The translations under genes were made by a program, and so were the position numbers. Positions 9,734-20,883 of a stretch of 64,000 bases of DNA are shown here, piece by piece. The first letter of the stretch is position 1, and each line of letters starts with the position of its first letter. The stretch covers positions 480,001 to 544,000 of the forward strand of contig CAXBMO010000001.1 of assembly GCA_963977015.1 (NCBI GenBank), given 5' to 3'. The notes below the pieces were generated by a model, which searched no databases, had not been told where the DNA came from, and worked only from the letters and a program-made list of their open reading frames with translations. Source of the DNA: an uncultured bacterium. GTDB lineage: Bacteria; Verrucomicrobiota; Verrucomicrobiia; Verrucomicrobiales; DEV007.

Positions 9734-11284
9734 TTACCATCCGGCTTCGTCTCGAACCTTCAGCATCGAATCCAGAATGGTGTTCCAGGTCTGCTGCGTT
9801 TCGAGCGTGGCATTCGGGAACATGCAGCCATCCCAGCAGATGTGCTTGATGCCGCGTGCCGGAGCATCTCTCAGCCAGTAACTGGAACACTTCACGATGT
9901 CGAGTTTGCCGTTGGGATCATCTGCGGGGCAATGCTTGCCGGTCTTGTCGTGAGAACCGGATCCATGCACCTCTCCGTCATTCTGGGCAACGTGGAAATC
10001 GATCGTCCAGGGGCGAAGCGCCGCAGTCATTTTCTCGTAGGCGGCCCAAAATTCTTCGTCAGAATAACCTTTCTGAAGGAGTGCGTGCTCCGGGGCATTG
10101 TAGCCCATGAGGTAGAGGTAGGTGTGTGCCAGGTCCGCTTGGAAACCGAGACTCTCGGGCATTCCGACTTCTTCGAGGAGATTGAGCATGTCCTTCCAGC
10201 TGTGCATTCCCGCCCAGCAGATTTCACCCTCAGCAGCGAGTCGCTCGCCGTTGTCAGCCGCAATTTTGGCGGCTTCGCGGAAGGTCACCGCGATTTTGCG
10301 GGTGTTTCCTTCGGGATCTTTCGACCAGTTTTCCGGGCTGTCCGCAGAGTCGATCCGAATGACGCCGTATTGGCGAACACCGTGATCATTGAAGATTTTG
10401 GCGATGCGGCAGGCTTTCTCGACTGCGGTGATGAACTTTCCGCGCTGTTCGGCATCACCCATGGCGGAGTCACCGACCGTTCCGGGCCAAATCGGAGCCA
10501 CGAGCGATCCAACCACCAGGTCTTTTGCCGCGATTTGGTCTGCGATTTTCTTCAGATCATCCTCACTTGCATCGGGATCCGTGTGGGGATGGAAGAGGAA
10601 GTAGTCGATCCCGTCGAACTTCTTGCCGCCGACTTCCGCATTGGCCGTCAACTCGAGCATGCGCTCCAAACTGATGGGCGGCTCTTGGCCTTCGTCGGTT
10701 CCTTTCCCGACCAAGCCGGGCCACATGGCGTTGTGCAATTTAGGGGATGCGTGAGACATAGGTTTTTCTTGAGTAGATTTTGGAGTTGCCGATATGGCGG
10801 TAGCCACGCCGGTCGCAGCCATTGATACGTCGGTTTTAAGTTCCGAACCGAGACCGGTTGCGGTGGAGGCAACAGACGAAGCTGCTTCCGAAATCGAGTT
10901 TTTCGCGTCGCTGAGGTCGTGTTTTACCTCCGCGGCCGCTTCTGAGACTAGTTCTTTGGTCGATGAAGCCGCTTCGACCAACGCCTCTTTGGCGTGGTTC
11001 GCGGCTTCTGAGATGGCGTCGCCAGCCGTGGTCAACTTGGTGACGGCCGTGTCTTTGGCGTGGGTGACAGCATCCGTTGCATGATGAACCGCATCGCTGA
11101 CCGCTTCCTTTGCGCTGGATGCCGCGGCCGAGAGTTCTTCACCCGCTTTCTTCAGATGATCACTCGCCTGAGTTCCGAGATCGCTGGTGCTGGGCTTGGA
11201 TTCAGCCGTCGCTTCGTCGGAATTGATCTGCTGCTTGCTGAAAAGCCCTCGGCTCTTTTTTTTGTTCTTACCGAATCCAAACAT
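9734..11284 (-). CDS. Xylose-isomerase-like TIM-barrel enzyme with ~175 aa N-terminal 11-mer repeat extension (internal start possible at 10759)
   Basis: Enzyme part [15 protein letters not shown]...AEGEICW...QADLAH...DFHVAQND; upstream in-frame Ala/Ser/Glu/Lys repeat region has no stop. Confidence 0.75.
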   Translation of the reverse strand: MFGFGKNKKKSRGLFSKQQINSDEATAESKPSTSDLGTQASDHLKKAGEELSAAASSAKEAVSDAVHHATDAVTHAKDTAVTKLTTAGDAISEAANHAKEALVEAASSTKELVSEAAAEVKHDLSDAKNSISEAASSVASTATGLGSELKTDVSMAATGVATAISATPKSTQEKPMSHASPKLHNAMWPGLVGKGTDEGQEPPISLERMLELTANAEVGGKKFDGIDYFLFHPHTDPDASEDDLKKIADQIAAKDLVVGSLVAPIWPGTVGDSAMGDAEQRGKFITAVEKACRIAKIFNDHGVRQYGVIRIDSADSPENWSKDPEGNTRKIAVTFREAAKIAADNGERLAAEGEICWAGMHSWKDMLNLLEEVGMPESLGFQADLAHTYLYLMGYNAPEHALLQKGYSDEEFWAAYEKMTAALRPWTIDFHVAQNDGEVHGSGSHDKTGKHCPADDPNGKLDIVKCSSYWLRDAPARGIKHICWDGCMFPNATLETQQTWNTILDSMLKVRDEAGW

Positions 11285-11318
11285 GGCCCGAGTGTTTGTA
11301 AGTTGTGAGGTTGGAGGG

Positions 11319-12272
11319 TTAGCTGGATTGCTTCAGTTCCTCGTAGAGAGCAAACGCTTCTTTTGGTTTCATCCCTTCGTGAACCACGCCGCGAACGGCT
11401 TTCATCATCGGAACAGGAGCGTCGGATTGGAAGATGTTGCGACCCATATCGACTCCGGAGGCCCCTTGTTCGCAGGCTTCATAAGCCATCGTCAGGGCAT
11501 CCAGTTCAGGACGCTTTTTGCCACCGGCAATCACGATGGGAACCGGGCAGCAACTGGTGATGGTGTCAAAGTCTTCATCGGTGTGATAGCACTTCACAAC
11601 GTGACAACCCAACTCCGCCATGATGCGGGTTGCCATGCGGAAATATTTCGCGGTCCGCTCCATCGACCGTCCCACGGCAACAACACCCATGACGGCGATT
11701 CCGTAGCGGTTGGCGGCGTCGATTGTTTTGGTGAGGTTTTGCAACGAACGGCGCTCGTGAGCGCTGCCGATGAAAACCTGGACGGCCAGGACCGAGGCGT
11801 TAAGGCGCAGGGCGTCTTCAATATCAACGGCGGTATCTTCGTAGGAAAGTGGCTCGTAACCGGGGCGCTCCAGCCTGACCGGTTTTCCGTCCCATTCACC
11901 TTCCCAGGCATCGCTCGGGCTGATCATGGAAGTTCCGCCGGATGCACGAAGGGCGATCGCTTTCTGGGTTGAAGCGGGAATGATCGAGCGCTGGATTCCG
12001 CGGGTCAGCATCAAGCAGTCGCAGTGAGGTTCCAGCGGCAAAATGGCCTGGTCCACGCGTTCCAACCCGGTGGTTGGTCCCATGAAGTAGCCGTGGTCGA
12101 AGGCCAACATGATGGTTCGGCCGGTCTTGGGATTGAAGACCTTCGAAAGGCGATTTTGAAGACCCCAATCGTATTGGTGAGAGCCTTTGAGGAAGAACCC
12201 AGGAGTTTCCTGAGGAACATCGGTGTAAAATTCCTTCTCTTTGATGTCTTTGGTTCCGTCGAGGTCAGCCAT
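11319..12272 (-). CDS. lsrF: LsrF, 3-hydroxy-5-phosphonooxypentane-2,4-dione thiolase (class I aldolase fold)
   Basis: MADLD...[43 protein letters not shown] Lys, [18 protein letters not shown] closely match LsrF as recalled. Confidence 0.85.
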   Translation of the reverse strand: MADLDGTKDIKEKEFYTDVPQETPGFFLKGSHQYDWGLQNRLSKVFNPKTGRTIMLAFDHGYFMGPTTGLERVDQAILPLEPHCDCLMLTRGIQRSIIPASTQKAIALRASGGTSMISPSDAWEGEWDGKPVRLERPGYEPLSYEDTAVDIEDALRLNASVLAVQVFIGSAHERRSLQNLTKTIDAANRYGIAVMGVVAVGRSMERTAKYFRMATRIMAELGCHVVKCYHTDEDFDTITSCCPVPIVIAGGKKRPELDALTMAYEACEQGASGVDMGRNIFQSDAPVPMMKAVRGVVHEGMKPKEAFALYEELKQSS

Positions 12273-12452
12273 GGTCGTAGGTGTTTAGGGTTGGTTTTGG
12301 TAAGGTCTCAATTCATTTCATAGCGAGCGATGAAACGGGGTCAAGCGTAGTCTCACATCGCCTCCCAGGGCGAGAACTTTCGCCACTTTTGCGTGGAAAC
12401 ATTCCGGCGAGACCGACTTTGACGAAGCCCGTCTCCCGCCTACCATCACCAC

Positions 12453-13493
<1,041 letters not shown>

Positions 13494-13494
13494 G

Positions 13495-15054
13495 TCAGTA
13501 AGTCCAGCCGGGGCGATGTTCGTCCCACCACTCTTCGATTCGTTCGAGCCAGGTGGTTTTGTCCTCGTTGATGTAGAGAACTTTTTCCGCCTCGTCGTAA
13601 CGCAGCGTGGCGCCCGGGGTGGACCGCAGATACCAGTGCAGCAGTTCTTTCGCCGTTTTCCCCTCAAACGTGTGATCCGGAGGAAGCGACTTCGGCGGGT
13701 GATCCCCCCAACGACTCTCATTATCCCACGCAAGTTGGGTTGCTGTCCCGATGAAGCCGAGAATGTGACCTTCGGAAGTGGATATCTCGTCAGCCAGCGT
13801 GAGTCGCGACATCACGACATCAAAGAGGTTGGTAATGGTTGAGGGATTGGGGGCATCCGGCATTCCGGAAATCTCGAAGCTCAATTCGGTGATTTGCGGA
13901 ATGAAAACCAACTCCATCGGTTGGTTCAGATCGGCGGGTTTGGCGCGGGATGCCAGGATGATGTCGTTTTGCGAGCCTTCACCGTTCCAGCCGAAATTCA
14001 ATGAGCCGTCGGGATTCTTCCAGCCACAATGGTCCTCCAGAAAATTGATGTTCGACGCCCGGACAAGAATTGACGGAGTCCAGCCCGGTTCCTTGTCCGC
14101 CTCGATCAGCAGTGCCTGCCCCTTGGATTCGAGTCGTTCCAATTCCTTTTCGAGTTTTGGGGCCGGGTCTTGCGGCTTGAAGTTGTAGAGATAGGTCTCC
14201 ACATCGACTTCTCCATTCACCTCAGCAAGCCATTGGATGCGAAGGCGATCTTCAAAAACGACTTCCGCGCCCGGGCGATTCTCAAGGATCGCTTGTTGCG
14301 GTTCTCCCGTCAGCGTCTTGAGGTAAAATTGGATGGGGGTGTCATGCCACGCCAGCAACGCCATGTCGAAAAAGGTCCACTCGCCCATGCTTTCCGAGTT
14401 TGGCTGGCCATCGTCAATTTTGTTGATCTCGTAGGTTACCTCCGCGCCTGTGATCGGACTTCCTCCCATTATGCTGAGAAAACGCGGGTGCTGGATTCCT
14501 GCGGTCCGGAACAGCAGGCGAATCTTGGGCGTTTTGTAGACTTCCGGGGCCCGGAATGTTCGGAACTCGTTGGGAACCCCCAATTCATTCAGGGCTGCTT
14601 CATCGAGAGCGCCCAGTGACTTGGCGTCGCGAAAACTCCCCTCAATCTTCCAATCGGGATTCCGGTAATCATCGCTGGGAGTAGGGAACCAGGTGGCAAA
14701 CGCAACCAATTCGATTTTCTCATTTCCCGAGAGCCCCTTCGCCCAGCGGTTGGGGAGTTTCGTCTTGGTGATTTTGGCTTCGGCAGAATAGTCGAGAACG
14801 AATTCGTCGGAAATTCCCGGTATCACCTTCGGGAGCCGCATTGGCTCCAATGCTGATTGGCCGCTTTCCCGTCTTTGCTTCGTAGGCTCCAGAAGATCCA
14901 GCCAGCCATCCTTGTATCCCCGTGTTTTTCGACTCTCAGTGGGGGAACTGAACAGCTCCGGGTCGATGGTTTTGGCTCGATGGGTAAGGCCGACCGAAAC
15001 GAAAACACCGAGGAAAATCAACGCCAGACCAACACGTTTCAACCGGGAACGCAT
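13495..15054 (-). CDS. Hypothetical exported or membrane-anchored protein
   Basis: 519 aa ORF with an N-terminal hydrophobic helix; no family recognised. Confidence 0.7.
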   Translation of the reverse strand: MRSRLKRVGLALIFLGVFVSVGLTHRAKTIDPELFSSPTESRKTRGYKDGWLDLLEPTKQRRESGQSALEPMRLPKVIPGISDEFVLDYSAEAKITKTKLPNRWAKGLSGNEKIELVAFATWFPTPSDDYRNPDWKIEGSFRDAKSLGALDEAALNELGVPNEFRTFRAPEVYKTPKIRLLFRTAGIQHPRFLSIMGGSPITGAEVTYEINKIDDGQPNSESMGEWTFFDMALLAWHDTPIQFYLKTLTGEPQQAILENRPGAEVVFEDRLRIQWLAEVNGEVDVETYLYNFKPQDPAPKLEKELERLESKGQALLIEADKEPGWTPSILVRASNINFLEDHCGWKNPDGSLNFGWNGEGSQNDIILASRAKPADLNQPMELVFIPQITELSFEISGMPDAPNPSTITNLFDVVMSRLTLADEISTSEGHILGFIGTATQLAWDNESRWGDHPPKSLPPDHTFEGKTAKELLHWYLRSTPGATLRYDEAEKVLYINEDKTTWLERIEEWWDEHRPGWTY

Positions 15055-15159
15055 CTCCTCAGGCTAGGAGATCCCGCCGAAAAAGGGAAGCTTTACCGTG
15101 AATTTTGTGAAAAAAGTGATCAGCGGGACGGGTGTCCTCGAGCGCCCCCCTCGGTGTCG

Positions 15160-15504
15160 TTAAGACACCGTCGTGATGTCCCTTGTCACTTCATTGCCCC
15201 GAGGCGTTGCCACCGCGTAGCATTTGCGGCGATCATTGGGGTCCGTGCGGCGAACGGCGAGACCGCAATCTTCCAGTCGATCCATGAGACCGGTTGTTGC
15301 TGCGCGAGTGATCGAGAGGGCATCGCTGATTTCTGCCATCGTCTTATCCTGGTCGCGCAAAAGCATCAGCGCTCTAACGACGTTAATGGACAAATCAGAA
15401 GGAACGGACATGAGATCGACCACCATTCGCGTGCGATCCTGAGCTGATTGAGAATTGGTCATGGGAGATTGGGACAATTGTTTGATGCGGTTTCTTGGTT
15501 TCAT
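15160..15504 (-). CDS. MarR-family winged-helix regulator (short; start may be 15462)
   Basis: MAEISDALSITRAATTGLMDRLEDCGLAVRRTDPNDRR, with the DxR wing motif. Confidence 0.8.
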   Translation of the reverse strand: MKPRNRIKQLSQSPMTNSQSAQDRTRMVVDLMSVPSDLSINVVRALMLLRDQDKTMAEISDALSITRAATTGLMDRLEDCGLAVRRTDPNDRRKCYAVATPRGNEVTRDITTVS

Positions 15505-15638
15505 TTATGAGAAGCTTGGTCTGCGTTGGTATCATAATTAATAAAACCAAGAAATCAAACTTCGATGAAAGTAAAGTAACCGAAAGTTTTTATTCAGGCA
15601 AGCTGGAGATTGTGGAAATTAGACGAAAATCTCCGAAA

Positions 15639-17480
15639 TTAGAACTTCCAAAAATACGGCACCAAAAATGTGGCCACCAACCAAAGGGTGAGATTGAGGG
15701 GAACGCCAATTTTCGGGAAGTCGCTGAAGCGGTATCCGCCAGCCCCGTAAACGTACGTATTGGTCTGATAACCAATGGGTGTTGCAAAGCTCGCGCTACA
15801 CCCCAGCATCATCGCGACGATAAGGGGACGGGCATCGACCTGAAGCTCCACGGCGATCCCAATGACGATCGGTGTGAGCAAGGCTGCCACCGCGTTATTG
15901 CTTATCATCTCAGTTAAAATTGAGCTCAGCAGGTAGATGATCGACAAGATCACAACCGGTGAGGCCGTCCCGAAAATCCCGGTCACGCCACTGGCCATAA
16001 ACCCGGCGGCTCCGGACACTTCCATGGCTTTTCCGAGCGCCAACATCCCAAAAATGAGAAAAACGATGTTCCACTGGACCGAGGAATACGCGTCCTTGGC
16101 GGGAATGCACTTGGTCAGAATCATCCCGAGAGCAGCCAAGAGGGCGAAGGCCGGGATGGCTGGAGGATGAACGGCGGCCCCAATGATAAACAGAAGAACC
16201 ATGCTGACTCCGAACCAAAGCTTCTGCGGGCGGGGAGGGCGGCTTCTCGGCTCGTTCAGGGAAACGAAATTGCGTCCCCGTTGAAGTTGATTGATGGCGT
16301 CGACCGGGCCTTCGAGCAGAAGCGTGTCGCCGAATTCCAGCTTCACGTCGCCAAGATCCTTCTTTCGGGCCAAATCGCGTCCCATGCGATGCACGGCCAA
16401 AATGTGGACGCCGTATTTCTGGCGAAACTTCGCCTCCCGCAAGGTGTGGCCAACAATTTCGCTTTGCGGACCGACGATTCCCTCCATCAGTTTCAACTCC
16501 CGGGTCTCCAACTGCTTCAGGTTGAGATTTCGATACGCACCGAAGCTGATTCCCTCGGTTTCCTTGAGATCCTCGAAACTTGTTCCATGCAACGTGATGA
16601 GAAGACGGTCGCCGGATCGAACTTTCAGTTTGTCCAACGGAGCCTGAAGGACTCGACCGCGACGTCGAACTTCCAACACCTCGGTTTCCGGGATCTCGTT
16701 GAGCAACGTCTCGGGAAGCGTTTTTCCGACGAGCGGAGAATCGTCTTCGACGCTGAATTGAGTCAGAAAACTGCGTTTTTCGGGCGGTTCGAGGCTTTCC
16801 TCCAGCGTTTTGCGCTTTGGCAGCAGCTTTCGGCCCAGCGTGCCCAGATAAACGAATCCGACCAGTGCGTAGATGATGCCGATTTTCGACATTTCAAACA
16901 TGCCGAACGCTTTCTCATCGGGTTGATACTGCGAGTAGAGGTCCGCAATGATGAGGTTGGTTGAGGTGCCGGTCAGCGTGCAGGTGCCCCCCAGAATGGA
17001 GGCGAAGCTGAGGGGAATGAGCAGGCGCGAGGCGTTGAGACCCAGCTTTTTGGCGACGCTCGTGACGATCGGCAGAAAAACGACGACGACTGGCGTGTTG
17101 TTGACGAACGCAGAAAGGACTGCCGCGATGAGCATGAGGGTAAACATCACCCGCAATTCGGATTTTCCGGCAATTCGCTCGAAAAAGTCGCCCATGATGT
17201 CAATCGCGCCGGTGCGCTCCAGCGCGGCGCTCAAGACGAACATGCAGGCGATGGTAATCGGGGCCTGGTTGCTGAAAACCTGGAGCAGCTGCTCAGTGTT
17301 CAGAACCGTGATGAAAGAGACGCCGAGTGCGCCAATCGCCACCACATCTGGTGCCGCCCATTCGCGAAAAAAGGCAAGGGCAACGAACGCGACGATCAGA
17401 AAAACCAGCCAGATTTGGACCGAGGCTCCCAGAAACGGGATTTGGAGAAATTCTTGATATCCGGGGATGATCTCGGGCAT
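15639..17480 (-). CDS. SLC13/CitMHS-type permease with two TrkA-C domains
   Basis: SAFVNNTPVV, LGGTCTLTGTSTNL, TEMISNNA, TPIGYQTN, GGYRFSDF; start set at MPEIIPG. Confidence 0.88.
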   Translation of the reverse strand: MPEIIPGYQEFLQIPFLGASVQIWLVFLIVAFVALAFFREWAAPDVVAIGALGVSFITVLNTEQLLQVFSNQAPITIACMFVLSAALERTGAIDIMGDFFERIAGKSELRVMFTLMLIAAVLSAFVNNTPVVVVFLPIVTSVAKKLGLNASRLLIPLSFASILGGTCTLTGTSTNLIIADLYSQYQPDEKAFGMFEMSKIGIIYALVGFVYLGTLGRKLLPKRKTLEESLEPPEKRSFLTQFSVEDDSPLVGKTLPETLLNEIPETEVLEVRRRGRVLQAPLDKLKVRSGDRLLITLHGTSFEDLKETEGISFGAYRNLNLKQLETRELKLMEGIVGPQSEIVGHTLREAKFRQKYGVHILAVHRMGRDLARKKDLGDVKLEFGDTLLLEGPVDAINQLQRGRNFVSLNEPRSRPPRPQKLWFGVSMVLLFIIGAAVHPPAIPAFALLAALGMILTKCIPAKDAYSSVQWNIVFLIFGMLALGKAMEVSGAAGFMASGVTGIFGTASPVVILSIIYLLSSILTEMISNNAVAALLTPIVIGIAVELQVDARPLIVAMMLGCSASFATPIGYQTNTYVYGAGGYRFSDFPKIGVPLNLTLWLVATFLVPYFWKF

Positions 17481-17590
17481 TGCGGCAATCTTGCGAGAAC
17501 GGCTGCGATTGCAATCAGTGGATTCGAAGGCGCGGGAACAAATTGCGAAAGGGAGTTTTCTGCCTACTGATCGTTCGTAACGGATTGACG

Positions 17591-18781
17591 ATGGCGTTTT
17601 CTCAAGAATTTCATGATTTACCGCTTCAGCGGCTCCAAGAGCTTTCTCTCTCGGCTTCGCTGGAGGAGGCTTCGCGTGCCATGGAGGGGGCCCAGTCATC
17701 GCTCACGGCGTTTGCGCGTCTCATTTCACCGGCCGCGTCTCAATTGCTCGAGCCACTTGCCGCAAGGTCGCAGGCGTTGACTCGGCAACGCTTTGGAAAG
17801 GTGATTCGTTTTTTTGCGCCGCTCTATCTCTCCAACGAGTGCGTCAACAACTGCCAATACTGTGGGTTTTCGCGCGATAATCCGATTCTGCGAGTCACGC
17901 TGGAAATCGATGAGGTGGTGAGGGAAGCGCGACAGCTGGCAGCTCAGGGGTTTCGCAATGTCCTTCTCGTTTCGGGGGAGCATCCCAAGTTCGCTTCCAA
18001 CAACTACATTGCAGACTGTGTCGAAGCGTTGCGTGAGGAAATCCCGGGGATTGCGCTCGAAGTCGGCCCGATGGAGGTGGCGGACTATCAGAAAATGGTC
18101 GAAGCCGGTGCCGAAGCTCTCGTTGTCTATCAGGAGACCTACGAAACCGGGATTTACTCGCAGGTTCACACCGCGGGACCAAAGAAGAATTTTGATTGGC
18201 GACTCGATACGCCCGAGCGCGCCTACGAAGCAGGTTTCCGGCGACTCGGGATCGGCGCGTTGTATGGATTGGCGGATTGGCGCTTCGAAGCGCTCGCCGT
18301 GGCCGCGCACACTCTTCACCTTCAGCGCCACTGCTGGAAGTCGCAACTCACGATCTCTCTGCCCCGGCTTCGGCCTCACGCGGGAGAATTTGAGCCGCTG
18401 ACCCACATTACCGATCGCGAGTTGGTTCAACTGATCTGCGCCTTTCGTCTGTTGCTTCCCGATGTTGGGATTGTGCTTTCGACCCGGGAACCGGCTTCCC
18501 TGCGGGACGGGATCATCCCTCTCGGCATCACTCACGTGAGTGCCGGCAGCCATACCGAGCCGGGGGGATACACCGGAGCTGGAAACGAGAATCTGCATCT
18601 GACCAAACGGGGGCGCGTCGAGGAATTGTCGCCGGAGATCAAGGCAACCAAGGATTGCTCGAAAGCGACCGGACAGTTCGATATCGCGGACGAACGTTCG
18701 CCGGAAGAAGTCGCGGACCTTGTTCGTGGACTTGGCTATGATCCCGTCTGGAAGGACTGGGATGCCGAGTTACTTCGTTAG
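17591..18781 (+). CDS. thiH: 2-iminoacetate synthase (radical SAM)
   Basis: FAPLYLSNECVNNCQYCGF, YQETY, SLPRLRP, LSTRE, SAGSHTEPGGY, QFDIADER. Confidence 0.88.
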   Translation: MAFSQEFHDLPLQRLQELSLSASLEEASRAMEGAQSSLTAFARLISPAASQLLEPLAARSQALTRQRFGKVIRFFAPLYLSNECVNNCQYCGFSRDNPILRVTLEIDEVVREARQLAAQGFRNVLLVSGEHPKFASNNYIADCVEALREEIPGIALEVGPMEVADYQKMVEAGAEALVVYQETYETGIYSQVHTAGPKKNFDWRLDTPERAYEAGFRRLGIGALYGLADWRFEALAVAAHTLHLQRHCWKSQLTISLPRLRPHAGEFEPLTHITDRELVQLICAFRLLLPDVGIVLSTREPASLRDGIIPLGITHVSAGSHTEPGGYTGAGNENLHLTKRGRVEELSPEIKATKDCSKATGQFDIADERSPEEVADLVRGLGYDPVWKDWDAELLR

Positions 18782-18854
18782 TGTCGCCTTTTTCGTTGAG
18801 AAGCAATCCGGTCGGGATAGGGTGAGCGCTTCAACCAAATCGCTACCTACCATT

Positions 18855-19466
18855 TTGCAACTCGCCTGCCTCGACCTCGAAGGAGTCCTCATCCCGGAAA
18901 TCTGGATCAATTTTGCCGAACGCACGGGAATTGATGCGCTCCGGGCCACCACGCGCGACATTCCTGACTATGATGAACTGATGACCATGCGGCTCAACAT
19001 TTTGGATGAGCATAACCTGGGCATTGGCGATATTCAGGAAGTGATCGACGGAATGGGGCCGCTTCCGGGGGCCTACGAATTCCTGAACTGGCTCAAGGAA
19101 CGGTTTCAGGTCATCATCCTCTCCGATACGTTTTATGAATTTGCGGCGCCTCTCATGCGCCAGCTCGACTTTCCGACCCTCTTCTGCCACAAGCTCGAAA
19201 TCGATGACGCGGGCAAAGTGAAGAACTATCATCTTCGTCAGCCAGACCAGAAGCGGAAATCGGTGCAAGCGTTCCACGGATTGAACTTTAAGGTGATCGC
19301 TGCCGGAGATTCCTACAACGATACCACCATGCTGTCGGAAGCCGATGCCGGGATTTTGTTCTGTCCGCCGCAAAACGTGATTGATGAGTTTCCCCAATTC
19401 CCCGTCACCAAGGATTATGAGGCTCTGAAGGCGGAGTTTCTCGCCGCCCAGGCCAGGATCGGTTGA
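18855..19466 (+). CDS. thrH: Phosphoserine phosphatase / homoserine phosphotransferase
   Basis: TTG start; ACLDLEGVLIPEIW, TTRDIPDYD, LSDTFY, AAGDSYNDTTML. Confidence 0.9.
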   Translation: MQLACLDLEGVLIPEIWINFAERTGIDALRATTRDIPDYDELMTMRLNILDEHNLGIGDIQEVIDGMGPLPGAYEFLNWLKERFQVIILSDTFYEFAAPLMRQLDFPTLFCHKLEIDDAGKVKNYHLRQPDQKRKSVQAFHGLNFKVIAAGDSYNDTTMLSEADAGILFCPPQNVIDEFPQFPVTKDYEALKAEFLAAQARIG

Positions 19467-19496
19467 CGCGGGGAAAGCCCCGCTCATGGTTGCGGG

Positions 19497-20858
19497 ATGA
19501 AACCCGTCTTCCTCGCGATTTTCCTGGCCCTGACTTCTTCCGCGGTGATCGCGGAACAGCCCAACATCGTCCTCATGCTGGCTGATGATCTGGGTTGGGG
19601 AGATTTGAGTTGTTACGGCAGCCCAAATACCCAGACTCCAAATCTCGATCAACTCGCGGCGGATGGAATGCGCTTCACCGACTTTTACGCCGCGTGCGGA
19701 GTTTGTTCGCCATCGCGTGGTGCGTTGCTGACGGGGCGATTTTCGGTTCGTGCCGGGATTTACAGCTGGGTTCACATGTCCCAGAAGATGCATCTTCGGG
19801 TCGAGGAAACGACGATTGCGGAGCTGATGAAATCTGCCGGTTATTCCACCGCGCACATTGGCAAATGGCACCTGGGCTATGACTTGGTAAAAGGGAGCGG
19901 GCCGGGACCAAATCCAGGCGATCACGGTTTCGACTACTGGATGGGCACCGGGAACAACGCCAATCCTTCGCACAAAAATCCCAACAACTTCGTCCTCAAC
20001 GGCGTCGCGCTTGGTGAGGTGGAAGGCTTCTCCTGCCAGATCGTCGTCGACAAGGCAATCGGTTGGTTGGACGAGCATCGCGAAAAGGAGAAACCGTTTT
20101 TCCTCAACGTCTGGTTTCACGAGCCTCACGCGAAAGTGGCCGCTCCGGAGGAACTTGCGGCTCGGCACAAAGGGAAAAAGAATCCGCACTACTACGGTTG
20201 CATCGAGAACATGGACCTTGCGGTCGGTCGATTGCTCGAACATCTCGAGTCGATCGGAGCTACCGACAACACGTTGGTTATCTTCACCAGCGACAACGGA
20301 AGCTATATGGCAGGAAGCAATGGATCCCTGAAGGGCCGGAAAACCTCGCTTTGGGAAGGCGGAATTCGGGAGCCCGGAATTTTTCGTTGGCCTGGAAAAA
20401 TCAAGTCAGGCCAGGTTTCCTCGGCCCCGGCGGGATTGGTCGATATTCTTCCCACGCTCTGTCAGGTTGCGGGAGTGGATGCTCCAACCGATCGGACCCT
20501 TGATGGAATCAGTCTTCTACCTTTGTTTGCCGGGGAGAAGTTGGAACGTTCAAAGCCACTCTATTGGTTTTACAACCCCTCGCGCCCGGTTTGTGTGATC
20601 CGCGATGGCGACTATTGCCTCATCGCTGACCCGGAAATCGATCTTCCCCGCCAAAACATGTTCAAGGAGGAGTTCATCGGAGATATCAAGAAGACAGGCT
20701 TTACCAATTTTCGCCTTTTCGATCTCACCAAAGATCCTGAGCAGGAGCACGATCTCGCCGGTGAGCAACCCGAGCGCTTTGATGCCATGAAGAAGAAAAT
20801 GGTCGAACTGAATGCCGATGTGATGGCGGAGGCGATTGATTGGCGGACGCTCGATTGA
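19497..20858 (+). CDS. Sulfatase, secreted
   Basis: Signal peptide, PNIVLMLADDLG, CSPSRGALLTG, GKWHLG, SDNG, WEGGIREP. Confidence 0.92.
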   Translation: MKPVFLAIFLALTSSAVIAEQPNIVLMLADDLGWGDLSCYGSPNTQTPNLDQLAADGMRFTDFYAACGVCSPSRGALLTGRFSVRAGIYSWVHMSQKMHLRVEETTIAELMKSAGYSTAHIGKWHLGYDLVKGSGPGPNPGDHGFDYWMGTGNNANPSHKNPNNFVLNGVALGEVEGFSCQIVVDKAIGWLDEHREKEKPFFLNVWFHEPHAKVAAPEELAARHKGKKNPHYYGCIENMDLAVGRLLEHLESIGATDNTLVIFTSDNGSYMAGSNGSLKGRKTSLWEGGIREPGIFRWPGKIKSGQVSSAPAGLVDILPTLCQVAGVDAPTDRTLDGISLLPLFAGEKLERSKPLYWFYNPSRPVCVIRDGDYCLIADPEIDLPRQNMFKEEFIGDIKKTGFTNFRLFDLTKDPEQEHDLAGEQPERFDAMKKKMVELNADVMAEAIDWRTLD

Positions 20859-20883
20859 ATCAGTAGCCGGCCGCTGCCGCGAT

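Noticed and set aside
18843-20243. 466 aa minus-strand ORF
   Set aside because: Antisense to thrH and the sulfatase; no recognisable domain.
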